A stretch of 64,000 nt of DNA from an uncultured Actinomycetes bacterium. Its GTDB lineage: Bacteria; Actinomycetota; UBA4738; HRBIN12. The notes beneath the pieces are model-generated. The model saw nothing but the letters and a program-made list of their open reading frames with translations, was not told the origin of the DNA and searched no databases. A program made the translations under genes and the position numbers. The stretch is taken from assembly GCA_963775735.1 (NCBI GenBank), contig CAVZKD010000007.1, forward strand, positions 1,174,675-1,238,674. Direction: 5' to 3'. Positions within the stretch are counted from its first letter, which is position 1. Each line of letters opens with the position of its first letter. Of the stretch, positions 48,243 through 56,492 are shown piece after piece.

Positions 48243-48293
48243 GCCAAAAGCATCTCGCGGATCAGCACCAGAGAGGCCCGGAACCTGCGGAGG

Positions 48294-48366
48294 TGGACCC
48301 AGGGGGGCTCGAACCCCCGACCTCATGGCTGCCAGCCATGCGCTCTACCAGCTGAGCTATGGGCCC
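48294..48366 (-). tRNA. tRNA-Ala (anticodon GGC)
   Basis: 73 nt: GGGCCCA-TA-GCTC-AGCTGGTA-GAGC-G-CATGG-CTGGCAG-CCATG-AGGTC-GGGGG-TTCGAGC-CCCCC-TGGGTCC-A. It folds as a cloverleaf by hand and has the G3:U70 Ala identity pair. The 3' CCA is not fully encoded (CCT follows). Confidence 0.9.
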
Positions 48367-48375
48367 GTGGGCCCG

Positions 48376-48774
48376 TCAGTCTAGCGAACCGGCTGCCGCC
48401 TGCTCGGTCGCGTCGACCTCGACGCGCGGAGCGTCACGCCACAACCGCTCGAGGTCGTAGTACTCGCGCTCCTCCTCGGCGAACACGTGCACGACGACGT
48501 CCACGTAGTCCAGCAACACCCAGCGGGCATCGGCAGCGCCCTCGCGACGGATCGGCCGTTCCCCGAGCTCGCGGACCGCCTTCTCGACCTCCTCGACGAT
48601 CGTCTTGACCTGCGGTTCCGATCGTCCGGAGCAGATCACGAAGTAGTCGGTGATGACGATCAGGCCGTGCACATCGAGGATCGCGACGTCGTCCGCCTGC
48701 TTCGCGGCGGCGGCCCGCGCAGCCGTCAGGGCGATCGCACGGCTCCCGGCGATGTTGGTGGCGCTACCCGGCAC
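48376..48774 (-). CDS. rsfS: Ribosome silencing factor RsfS (iojap family)
   Basis: 132 aa with 'DVAILDVHGLIVITDYFVICSGRSEPQVKTI' and 'WVLLDYVDVVVHVFAEEEREYYDLERLW'. Confidence 0.9.
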   Translation of the reverse strand: MPGSATNIAGSRAIALTAARAAAAKQADDVAILDVHGLIVITDYFVICSGRSEPQVKTIVEEVEKAVRELGERPIRREGAADARWVLLDYVDVVVHVFAEEEREYYDLERLWRDAPRVEVDATEQAAAGSLD

Positions 48775-48792
48775 GCCGTCGTTCGCTCATGC

Positions 48793-49764
48793 TCAACCGG
48801 TGAAGTCCTTCCCGATCACGACCGTCACGGGAGCGATCCCCGAGCCGACGGACACGGACACGCTCCCCACACCCAGCAAGTCTCGCACACGTTCGGCCAA
48901 GGCGACATCGCCGGCCGAACCCACGACGACGAGCGTCTCCCGATGGTCGAACGTCGAGGCGTTCTCCGAGATGGCGACCCGGAACCCGGCGGGCAGGATG
49001 CGCTCGGCCACCAGCTCGCCGATCCCCGGCACACCGTTGCCGTTCAGCACGATGACGGGGATCGCCGGCTCCGCCGGCCCGCCGAACGCGTCGACGAGCG
49101 CGCTGACGACCTGTTCCGGGCTCGCAACGAAGACGTCGCTCGCCACCTCGTCCACGTCGAGGACGACGGCACGTGAGCCGGCGGCCGAGGTCAGCGCCCG
49201 GGTGACCGCGCGTTCGTCGTCGGTCTCGGCGAACTCCGCCGTCGCCCATCCCGCGTCGGCCGCGAACAGCGCCTCGAGCACGAGTTGGAGCCCGGCGACG
49301 CCACCGGGCCCGGGCTCGGCGAGCAGCGAGCGAACGTCGTTGGCGCCGATGGTCTGATCGCCGACCGCGATCCCGCCCGCCGCCTCGGCCAGCGACGCCA
49401 GCGCTCGGTCGTCGATGACCGCGTGATGCTCGACCCACACGCCGAGGAGATTGCTCGCAGCCATGGCCGCCTGGTCCGGCGGCAGATCGAGCGCCTCGCC
49501 AACCGTCGCCTCACCTTGACCCGGGATCGTGACCACGGCCTCGGGCGGCAAGACGAGCGCTCCCGTCCGTCCGAACCCGGCCCCTCCGACGATGGCGGCG
49601 AGCGGCTCCGAGTCGGTGGTCACGACCAGCAGGGCGAGCCCGATGGCCGGTTGCGGCTCGTTCGGCACAGGTTCGGCCTCGTCGCTGCGAGAGATCACGA
49701 GCGCTCCCGTCGCAAGCGTGACGAGCACCGCGAGCAGCGAAACGAGCACGAGCCGGCGTGTCAC
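48793..49764 (-). CDS. Membrane-anchored LytR_C (LytR/CpsA/Psr C-terminal) domain protein
   Basis: 323 codons from GTG 49764 (GTGA overlap with the nadD stop). It begins '[24 protein letters not shown]' (TM). The C-terminal part is '[35 protein letters not shown]...VTVVIGKDF'. The rest of track ORF 48793..50439 is alternate-frame. Confidence 0.7.
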   Translation of the reverse strand: MTRRLVLVSLLAVLVTLATGALVISRSDEAEPVPNEPQPAIGLALLVVTTDSEPLAAIVGGAGFGRTGALVLPPEAVVTIPGQGEATVGEALDLPPDQAAMAASNLLGVWVEHHAVIDDRALASLAEAAGGIAVGDQTIGANDVRSLLAEPGPGGVAGLQLVLEALFAADAGWATAEFAETDDERAVTRALTSAAGSRAVVLDVDEVASDVFVASPEQVVSALVDAFGGPAEPAIPVIVLNGNGVPGIGELVAERILPAGFRVAISENASTFDHRETLVVVGSAGDVALAERVRDLLGVGSVSVSVGSGIAPVTVVIGKDFTG

Positions 49765-50354
49765 CGGTACAGGTCCGCCTTCTCGATGTAGCTCTTCACG
49801 CCTTCGGGGACGAGGTACCGGATCGGCCGGCCGTCGAGCACCCGCTCTCGGATGTCGGTCGAGCTGATCGCGAGCGCCGGGATGCTCATCCGGCTCACGC
49901 TCGTCCTCCGGGCGAGCTCCATCGACTCGAACCGCGCGAGGTCGTAGCCCGGGCGCGTCGCGGCGATGAAGTGCGCGATCGACAGCACCTCTCCGGGATC
50001 CTTCCAGTCCAGGATCTCGAGCAGCGCGTCCGCCCCGGTGATGAAGTAGAGCTCGGCGTCCGGATGGTGCTCGGCGAGCGTCCGAAGCGTGTCGACCGTG
50101 TAGGTCGGGCCGTCGCGGTCGATCTCGACCCGCGAGACGTGGAAGCGCGGGTTGCTCGCGGTCGCGATCACGGTCATCAGGTAGCGATCCTCGGCCGGTG
50201 AGACCACTCGGTCCAGTTTCATCCACGGCCGGCCGGTCGGGACGAACACCACCGACTCGAGGGCGAACTGGACGAGCGCCTCCTCGGCGGTGACGAGGTG
50301 CCCATAGTGGATCGGGTCGAACGTCCCGCCCATGACGCCGAGTCGTCGGCCCAC
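49761..50354 (-). CDS. nadD: Nicotinate-nucleotide adenylyltransferase
   Basis: 197 aa with '[14 protein letters not shown]' and '[10 protein letters not shown]'. Confidence 0.95.
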   Translation of the reverse strand: MGRRLGVMGGTFDPIHYGHLVTAEEALVQFALESVVFVPTGRPWMKLDRVVSPAEDRYLMTVIATASNPRFHVSRVEIDRDGPTYTVDTLRTLAEHHPDAELYFITGADALLEILDWKDPGEVLSIAHFIAATRPGYDLARFESMELARRTSVSRMSIPALAISSTDIRERVLDGRPIRYLVPEGVKSYIEKADLYR

Positions 50355-50401
50355 GTGGGAATCCTACGGCCGGGACCGGTCGACGAGGCTCATCTCGAGG
50401 G

Positions 50402-51643
50402 TCATCGATCGTGCTCGGGGATGAACTCGAACGCCACACGCCCGATCAGCACCTCATCGCCTCGCCGGGCGCCGGCGGCCGTGAGCTCACGCTCCACACC
50501 TTCGCGGACGAGGCGCTTCTGAAGGCGCTCGAGCGTCGTCGGATCGTCGAGATCGGCTTCGTCCACCCATCGCTCGACCCCGCGACCCACGACGCGGAAC
50601 CGCTGTCCTTCGCGTTGGACCTCGAAGCGAGGACGGGCCGGCCGAAGTACGACGTACGACTGCCGCTCCTCCGCGGCGGCCGCCGACTCGCGGGCGAGTG
50701 CGTCGAGGCGTTCGCGCAACCGATCCATGCTCGCCCCGGTCACGGCCGAGACCGCGAGAGCGCCGGGCCCGAGCGCGGCCTGTGCATCGACCTCGGGGGC
50801 GAGGTCGGCCTTCGTCCCCACTACGAGGGACGGTCGACCTCCGAGCTCAGGGTCGTACGCCTGGAGCTCGGCGCGCGCGGTCGCGAGATCGACGGTGGGA
50901 TCGGGCGACGACAGGTCGACGACGAACACGAACGCGCGGCACCGGCTCACGTGCCGCAGGAACCGGTCGCCGAGCCCCTTGCCCTCATGGGCCCCCGCGA
51001 TCAGGCCGGGGATGTCGGCCACCACGAACCGTTCGTCGCCGGAGGCCGCCACGCCGAGGTTCGGTGACAGGGTCGTGAACGGGTAATCGGCGATCTTCGG
51101 CCTGGCCGCCGTCAGCGCCGCGAGCAGGGTGGACTTGCCGGCGTTCGGCAGACCGACGAGTCCGATGTCCGCCACCAGTCGCAGCTCGACGCGGAGGCGC
51201 CGCTCCTCGCCGCGCTCTCCCGCCTCGGGCGGTCGCGGAGTCCGGTCGCGGCGGGAGGACAGCGATGCGTTGCCTCGGCCCCCGCGGCCACCGCGTGCGA
51301 CCACCGCCCTCGAGCCCTCCCCGACGAGATCGGCGACGAGGCCGTGCTCGTCCTCGACCCGCGTGCCGTCGGGAACCGCGATCACGAGATCCCTCCCCGC
51401 GGCGCCGGTCCGCCCTCGCTTGCCCCCCGCCCCGCCGCTGTCGGCGCGTTGATGCGGGTGGTCGGCGAGCCACGAGAGGTCGTGCCCCCCGGTGGAGACC
51501 TCGAACACGACGTCTCCGCCCTTCCCGCCGTCGCCGCCGTCCGGGCCGCCGTGGGGCGTGTACGGCTCACGACGGATCGAGGACGATCCGTCGCCTCCGC
51601 GTCCCCCCCGGGCATGCACCGTGATCTCGTCGACGAAGGTCAT
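50402..51643 (-). CDS. obgE: GTPase Obg/CgtA
   Basis: 413 aa. It has the Gly-rich Obg fold 'ARGGRGGDGSSS...GGPDGGDGGKGGDV', G1 'GLPNAGKST', 'DIPGLI', and a C-terminal OCT-like domain. Confidence 0.95.
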   Translation of the reverse strand: MTFVDEITVHARGGRGGDGSSSIRREPYTPHGGPDGGDGGKGGDVVFEVSTGGHDLSWLADHPHQRADSGGAGGKRGRTGAAGRDLVIAVPDGTRVEDEHGLVADLVGEGSRAVVARGGRGGRGNASLSSRRDRTPRPPEAGERGEERRLRVELRLVADIGLVGLPNAGKSTLLAALTAARPKIADYPFTTLSPNLGVAASGDERFVVADIPGLIAGAHEGKGLGDRFLRHVSRCRAFVFVVDLSSPDPTVDLATARAELQAYDPELGGRPSLVVGTKADLAPEVDAQAALGPGALAVSAVTGASMDRLRERLDALARESAAAAEERQSYVVLRPARPRFEVQREGQRFRVVGRGVERWVDEADLDDPTTLERLQKRLVREGVERELTAAGARRGDEVLIGRVAFEFIPEHDR

Positions 51644-51689
51644 CGGCAGATTGTGGCGGAAACCCTCGGTCGCGCGGCATCATGGTCCC

Positions 51690-52154
51690 ATGCCGAAACC
51701 CGTCACCGTGTGGGCCGTGGACCTGGAGAAGGACGCGAGGCTCGAGGAAGTGAAGGGCACGCTCCGTCTCGCGGAGGAGGCGCTGATCTTCACGCCGCGG
51801 GACGAGGGGCGGCCGGAGGCACGCCTGTCCCTGGGCGAGATCGTGAAGGTTCGCCGGCTCCGCGGGTCGCCCGTCCTCATGGTGGTGCGTTCGACCCCGG
51901 CCGGTGAGCGGCGCACGGCCTTCTACTTCGTCCAGCCGCCGCCGATCGCCGTCATCACGGGAGAAGCCGTCGAGCGACCGAAGACGCGGTCCCTCTCCGA
52001 CCTCCGCAACCCGCGGCGCAAGGCCCGGCGGCAGAACGTGAGCTACCTCGGGGTGATGAACAGAGAGAAGAAGCAGGCGTTGTCCGAATGGGTCCGCGTC
52101 GTGCGTTCGGCGATCGCGAACGGTTCGGGAGGGTCGAGCCGACCCCCGGGTTAG
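51690..52154 (+). CDS. Hypothetical protein, PH/GRAM-like N-terminal region
   Basis: 154 codons from ATG 51690 inside track ORF 51492..52154. '[20 protein letters not shown]...[21 protein letters not shown]' resembles bacterial PH-like domains. It is convergent with rpmA (4-nt overlap). Confidence 0.5.
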   Translation: MPKPVTVWAVDLEKDARLEEVKGTLRLAEEALIFTPRDEGRPEARLSLGEIVKVRRLRGSPVLMVVRSTPAGERRTAFYFVQPPPIAVITGEAVERPKTRSLSDLRNPRRKARRQNVSYLGVMNREKKQALSEWVRVVRSAIANGSGGSSRPPG

Positions 52155-52402
52155 CCAGACTCGATCGAGGCGTACCGCCGGCCGCGAGACGAGTGGTACG
52201 TCACGACCCCGGCCTGCGTCGCGAACAGCGTGTCGTCTCCGCCCTTCCCGACCCCGCGGCCCGGGTGGATCCGCGTCCCCCGCTGGCGCACGAGGATCGA
52301 TCCGGCGGTCACCTGCTGACCGCCGAACACCTTGACGCCGAGCCGCTTGGACTCGGAGTCACGCCCGTTGCGGGACGAGCCGCCGCCCTTCTTGTGTGCC
52401 AT
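52151..52402 (-). CDS. rpmA: 50S ribosomal protein L27
   Basis: 83 codons, '[48 protein letters not shown]...'. In the track it is the C-terminal part of a single 223-aa ORF 52151..52822. Confidence 0.95.
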   Translation of the reverse strand: MAHKKGGGSSRNGRDSESKRLGVKVFGGQQVTAGSILVRQRGTRIHPGRGVGKGGDDTLFATQAGVVTYHSSRGRRYASIESG

Positions 52403-52433
52403 CGCGCGTTCGAGGGTACCAGAGGGCTTCCGG

Positions 52434-52822
52434 CTACTCGCTCGTCTCCGGCTCCGCTCCGTCTCCGGCTCCGGGGTGTCCGTCTTCTTGGCAGCGGCTC
52501 GCTTGCGGCTGGTCGCGAGCTTCACGTCCGAGATCTCGAGCAGCGTCATGAGCTGCCGATGTCCCTGTCGCCGCGCGTAGCCCGACTTGTTCTTGTATTT
52601 GAAGACGTGGACCTTGTCGCCCTTCTGCTCGCCGAGCAGCTTCGCGGTGACGACGGCCTTCTGGGCTTCCTTCCCATAGTGCGTGTTGCCCTCGTCATCG
52701 ACGACGAGCACCGGCTGGAACGTCACGGTCTCCCCGTCCGGATGCAGGTACTCGACCTCGATGATGTCGCCGGGCTTGACCTTCTGCTGCTTCCCGCCCG
52801 TCTTGATGACCGCGTACATCAC
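52434..52822 (-). CDS. rplU: 50S ribosomal protein L21 (frame break in acidic C-terminal tail as assembled)
   Basis: '[26 protein letters not shown]...[16 protein letters not shown]'. Adding one c at ~52455 (gag c[c]g gag) gives the tail '...[16 protein letters not shown]' and TAG at 52434..52436, 31 nt before the rpmA ATG. Confidence 0.9.
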
Positions 52823-52840
52823 GCCCTCCTCGGTTGCGGC

Positions 52841-55147
52841 TCAGTTGACGTCGTAGGTGAGGAGCAGCCCCCGTCCCTCGCAGGTCGGGCACGGCTCCGA
52901 GAACGCCTCCAGCAGTCCACCAGACACGCGCTTGCGCGTCACCTCGAGCAGGCCGAGCGGGCTGATGTCGAAGACCTGGCTCCGGGACTTGTCCTGGGCC
53001 AACGCCTCCTTCATCGCGTCGATCACCTTCTTCTTGTTCTGCTCGAGCAGCATGTCGATGAAGTCGATCACGATCATCCCGCCGATGTCGCGGAGCCGCA
53101 GCTGGCGCGCGGCCTCGCGAGCCGCCTCGACGTTGGTGTTCACCACGGTCTCCTCGAGGTTCGTCTTCCCCACCGACTTGCCCGTGTTGACGTCGATCAC
53201 GGTGAGCGCCTCGGTCCGGTCGATCACGAGGTAGCCGCCCGACGGGAGCCAGACCTTGCGGTCGAGGCCCTTGTGGATCTGCTCGACGATATGGAACTCC
53301 TCGAACGCGGACAGGGACCCCTGATGCAGGCGGACCTTCGAGACGACCTCGGGTGCGACCGCGCGGAGGTAGTCCGTCACGAGCCCGAACACGCGCGGCG
53401 AGTCGGTCACGAGCTCCCGGTACTCCTCGTCGGTGAAGAGGTCTCGCACGACCCGCACCGTGAGCTCCGGCTCCTCGTACAGGACCGCCGGCGCCTTCGC
53501 CCGCTTCGACCGCTTCTCGATCGCCGCCCACTCCGCCAGGAGGCGCTCGAGGTCGGCGGCAAGCGCCTCCTCGGTCGCGCCCTCGGCCGCGGTCCGGACG
53601 ATCAGCCCGTGCTGCGAGGGTTTCAGCTTCTTGAAGATCGCCTTCAGCCGGCGTCGCTCCTCGTCGGGGAGCCGGCGACTGATGCCGGACACGTCCGAGT
53701 TCGGCGCGAGCACGAGGAACCGGCCCGGCAGCGAGATCTGTGCGGTGAGGCGAGCGCCCTTGCCGCCGATCGGATCCTTCGTGACCTGGACGAGGACGGG
53801 CTGGCCGTTCTTCAGCGCGTATTCGATCCGCTGCGGCGCGCCGTCGAGGTCCTCGGCCGACCAGTTCACCTCGCCGGCGTACAACACGGCGTTGCGCCCG
53901 CGACCGACGTCGACGAACGCGGCCTCCATGCCGGGCAGGACGTTCTGCACGCGGCCGAGGTACACGTTGCCGACCATCGAGGTCGCGCCACTCCGCGTGA
54001 CGTAGTGCTGCACGAGCTCCGTCCCCTCGAGCACCGCGATCTGATCGCGTTCGCCGTGCTCCGTGATCGCCATCAGCTTGTCGGTGACCCGAGGCACGAC
54101 GGGCATCTCCTCGCGGCGCCGGCGGCCCGATGTCCGCCCCTGCCGCTTCTGGCGCATCCGCGTCGATCCGGTCGTCTCGGACGCCTCGGGTTTGGTCTTC
54201 GTGGAAGTGTCCGGACCCGCGGTCTTCGAACGCGCTCGGCGCGTGCGCGCCGGTGGGCGGTCGTCGGAGGGCTTCTGCGTCTCCGCGGCGGTCGACGACG
54301 CGGTCGAGCGCCCACGACCGCGTCCGCCGCGGCGACGGCGGCGGCGGGCGGGGGTTCCGTTCGCGGATCCCTCGGCTCCGTCCGCGTTCGCTTCGGCCGC
54401 GTTCGCTTCGGCCGCCTTCGCTTCGGCCGCCTTCGTGACCGGCTCCGCCGTGTCTGCCGCCTCGCCGGCGCCGGTCTGCGCCGCCGCCTTCGTCCGGCCG
54501 GCGCCGGAGCGACCCGGCGTCCCGGTTCCCGTCGCGGTCGCCCCGGACGACCCGCCCCTGCCTCTGCCGCCTCGACGCCGGCGGGCCGAACTCGACCTCG
54601 TGCCGCCGTCGGACGCAGTCTCGATCCGCTCCACCTCTCCCGGCTGCGCGTCGAGGTCAACCTCCGGCTGCTCCACGGAGCCGGAGGCTCCCGCATCGCC
54701 GGCCGCCCCGGAAGCCCCCGCGCCCGGCCGCCCCTTCCCGCCGCGGCCTCGGCCGCCACGACGCCGGCGACGTCGAGCTGGGGCTGCGCCGCTGCTGGTG
54801 TCGGTCGACGGGTCGGTCTTGCTCTCGACCGCGGGTTCGGTCTGCGTTGCGGAGGCTTTGGCCGGCGCCGTTGCGGAACTCCTGGGAGCGCGGCGCGGCC
54901 GCGCGGAGCCCGTGTCGGATCGCGGGGTGGTCTCGTCTTGCTGTTGCACGGGCGCCGGGGCTACCGCCCCGGGCCCCTGCGGCGCTTCATCGCGCACGCG
55001 GAAGTCCTCATCCGGCGGGCCGCCCGGCCGCGGCTCTCCAGGTACGAACCCGGGGCCTGCGAAGCCGGCGCCTCGCCTTTCATCTCTCGCCGTCGCCGTC
55101 GCGGCCCGGTGGCCGCGCGCTCGACGAGCAGGTCTGCGACACAGCAT
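52841..55147 (-). CDS. rne: Ribonuclease E/G family endoribonuclease with ~330-aa N-terminal Arg-rich disordered region
   Basis: The S1 domain is 'GNVYLGRVQNVLPGMEAAFVDVG'. The catalytic core has 'LVIDRTEALTVIDVNTGK' and 'IGGMIVIDFIDM', and the Zn-link is 'CPTCEGRG'. The N-terminal part contains three 'RRRRRGGRGRG'-type blocks. The start codon is uncertain. Confidence 0.9.
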   Translation of the reverse strand: MLCRRPARRARGHRAATATARDERRGAGFAGPGFVPGEPRPGGPPDEDFRVRDEAPQGPGAVAPAPVQQQDETTPRSDTGSARPRRAPRSSATAPAKASATQTEPAVESKTDPSTDTSSGAAPARRRRRRGGRGRGGKGRPGAGASGAAGDAGASGSVEQPEVDLDAQPGEVERIETASDGGTRSSSARRRRGGRGRGGSSGATATGTGTPGRSGAGRTKAAAQTGAGEAADTAEPVTKAAEAKAAEANAAEANADGAEGSANGTPARRRRRRGGRGRGRSTASSTAAETQKPSDDRPPARTRRARSKTAGPDTSTKTKPEASETTGSTRMRQKRQGRTSGRRRREEMPVVPRVTDKLMAITEHGERDQIAVLEGTELVQHYVTRSGATSMVGNVYLGRVQNVLPGMEAAFVDVGRGRNAVLYAGEVNWSAEDLDGAPQRIEYALKNGQPVLVQVTKDPIGGKGARLTAQISLPGRFLVLAPNSDVSGISRRLPDEERRRLKAIFKKLKPSQHGLIVRTAAEGATEEALAADLERLLAEWAAIEKRSKRAKAPAVLYEEPELTVRVVRDLFTDEEYRELVTDSPRVFGLVTDYLRAVAPEVVSKVRLHQGSLSAFEEFHIVEQIHKGLDRKVWLPSGGYLVIDRTEALTVIDVNTGKSVGKTNLEETVVNTNVEAAREAARQLRLRDIGGMIVIDFIDMLLEQNKKKVIDAMKEALAQDKSRSQVFDISPLGLLEVTRKRVSGGLLEAFSEPCPTCEGRGLLLTYDVN

Positions 55148-55291
55148 ACCAACCGAAGGTCCGGCACCCTCGTTACCGGCCGCGATCGGGACTAGGTAGT
55201 TCCGGCTAGGGCTCCTGTGGGTTCAGAGCTCGAGGTGAAACCGGCACTCGCCGGATAGCGCGGGGCACGGTCCCAACCCACACTTCGCCAG

Positions 55292-56452
55292 ATGGAACCG
55301 GCCGTCCTTCCTCGGCCTGCCCGACCGACCCGGCCGATCAGGGTCGTGGTCGTGGACGACAACGCAGGCTTCCGCGAATCGCTCCTCGCGCTGCTCGAGG
55401 CGGGGCATCTCCAGGTCGTCGGGGAGGCCGGATCGGGCGCCGAGGCGCTCGACCTGATCGCGGCCGTCGAACCCGATGTCGTGCTCATGGACGTCAGGAT
55501 GCCCACGATGGACGGGATCGAGGCGACCCGTCTCCTCAAGTCGGACTTCCCGTCGGTGGGCGTGATCGCGCTCTCGAGCCACGAGGATCAGGAGATCGTC
55601 CGCGGCATGCTGGTGGCCGGCGCTTCCGGCTACGTGCTGAAGGACTCCGACGGTGACGAGATCCTGCAGGCGGTCGCGCGCGCCGCCGAGGGCGGGGCCG
55701 TGTTGTCCGCGGCCGTCACGCCACGGGTGATCGAGGATCTGACCGACGCGCTCGCCCGCGAGCGTCGTCGCACGCGGGAGCTCGAGGCCGCGCAGGAGGC
55801 GCTCGTGGAGCGCTCCGTGCGCCGGCAGGAGCTCGTCGCCCGGCTGTCGCACGAGCTGCGGACCCCGGTGACCGTCATCCTCGGGGTCGCCCACACGCTC
55901 GCGACCCTGCACACGACACCGGAGCAGGAGTCGGAGCTGCTGTCCAGGCTCGTCACACGGGCGCAGGACCTCGCGGCACTGGTGGAGCGGTTCGAGATCA
56001 CGGTGGACTCGGGGATGACCGAATGGGTCGATCTCGGCCGGGTCGCCGGCGACGTCGCCGTGGACGATCGCGTCCGCGTCGTGGTCGGGCCCGACGTCCA
56101 GCATGTCCGGCTGAACCCCGGGGTGGCGCGCCGGATCCTCGAGGAGCTCGTCGACAACGCGCTGCGATTCTCGCCGTCGACCGCGCCGGTCGAGGTCCGA
56201 GTCGTCTCGACGTCCGGCCAGACCCAGGTGCGGATCATCGACCAGGGTCAGGGGATCGAACCGCACGACCTCGAGCGCATCTTCGGACCGCTCGAGCAGC
56301 TCGAGGCGTTGAACGTGCGGATCCACCAGGGGGCCGGGATGGGCCTCGCGCTCGCGCGAACGGCCGCCCGCGCGATGGGGGGCGATGTGGTGGTGGAGTC
56401 CTCGAACTCGTCCGGCTCGACGTTCCTGTGGACGATCGCACCCTCGTCCTGA
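55292..56452 (+). CDS. Hybrid response-regulator receiver / histidine kinase (REC-HisKA-HATPase_c)
   Basis: 386 aa. The REC domain has 'RVVVVDDN', 'DVVLMDVRMPTMDG', 'ALSSH' and 'GYVLKDS'. A coiled linker follows, then H-box 'LSHELRTPVTVI', N 'LVDNALRF', G1 'DQGQGI' and G2 'GAGMGLALA'. There is no TM segment and no HTH. Confidence 0.85.
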   Translation: MEPAVLPRPARPTRPIRVVVVDDNAGFRESLLALLEAGHLQVVGEAGSGAEALDLIAAVEPDVVLMDVRMPTMDGIEATRLLKSDFPSVGVIALSSHEDQEIVRGMLVAGASGYVLKDSDGDEILQAVARAAEGGAVLSAAVTPRVIEDLTDALARERRRTRELEAAQEALVERSVRRQELVARLSHELRTPVTVILGVAHTLATLHTTPEQESELLSRLVTRAQDLAALVERFEITVDSGMTEWVDLGRVAGDVAVDDRVRVVVGPDVQHVRLNPGVARRILEELVDNALRFSPSTAPVEVRVVSTSGQTQVRIIDQGQGIEPHDLERIFGPLEQLEALNVRIHQGAGMGLALARTAARAMGGDVVVESSNSSGSTFLWTIAPSS

Positions 56453-56492
56453 ACGTCCCCACCTCGGACGGACGCTCCTGCGCGACGCGCTC

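Noticed and set aside
39869-48366. tRNA-Ala-associated integrative genomic island
   Set aside because: There is no integrase, excisionase or transposase, and no att-like duplication of the tRNA 3' end. The only match is an 11-nt one inside the GNAT gene, at chance level. I kept it only as an 'accessory patch'.
54380-54440. Short direct repeats (15-bp 'gcgttcgcttcggcc'-like units) considered as a CRISPR or VNTR element
   Set aside because: They lie inside the rne coding region and encode an Ala/Glu/Lys/Asn low-complexity spacer. There is no spacer/repeat architecture and there are no cas genes.
52088-55195. 1035-aa plus-strand ORF
   Set aside because: It is antisense to rpmA, rplU and rne. 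The minus-strand genes carry unmistakable ribosomal-protein and RNase E motifs.
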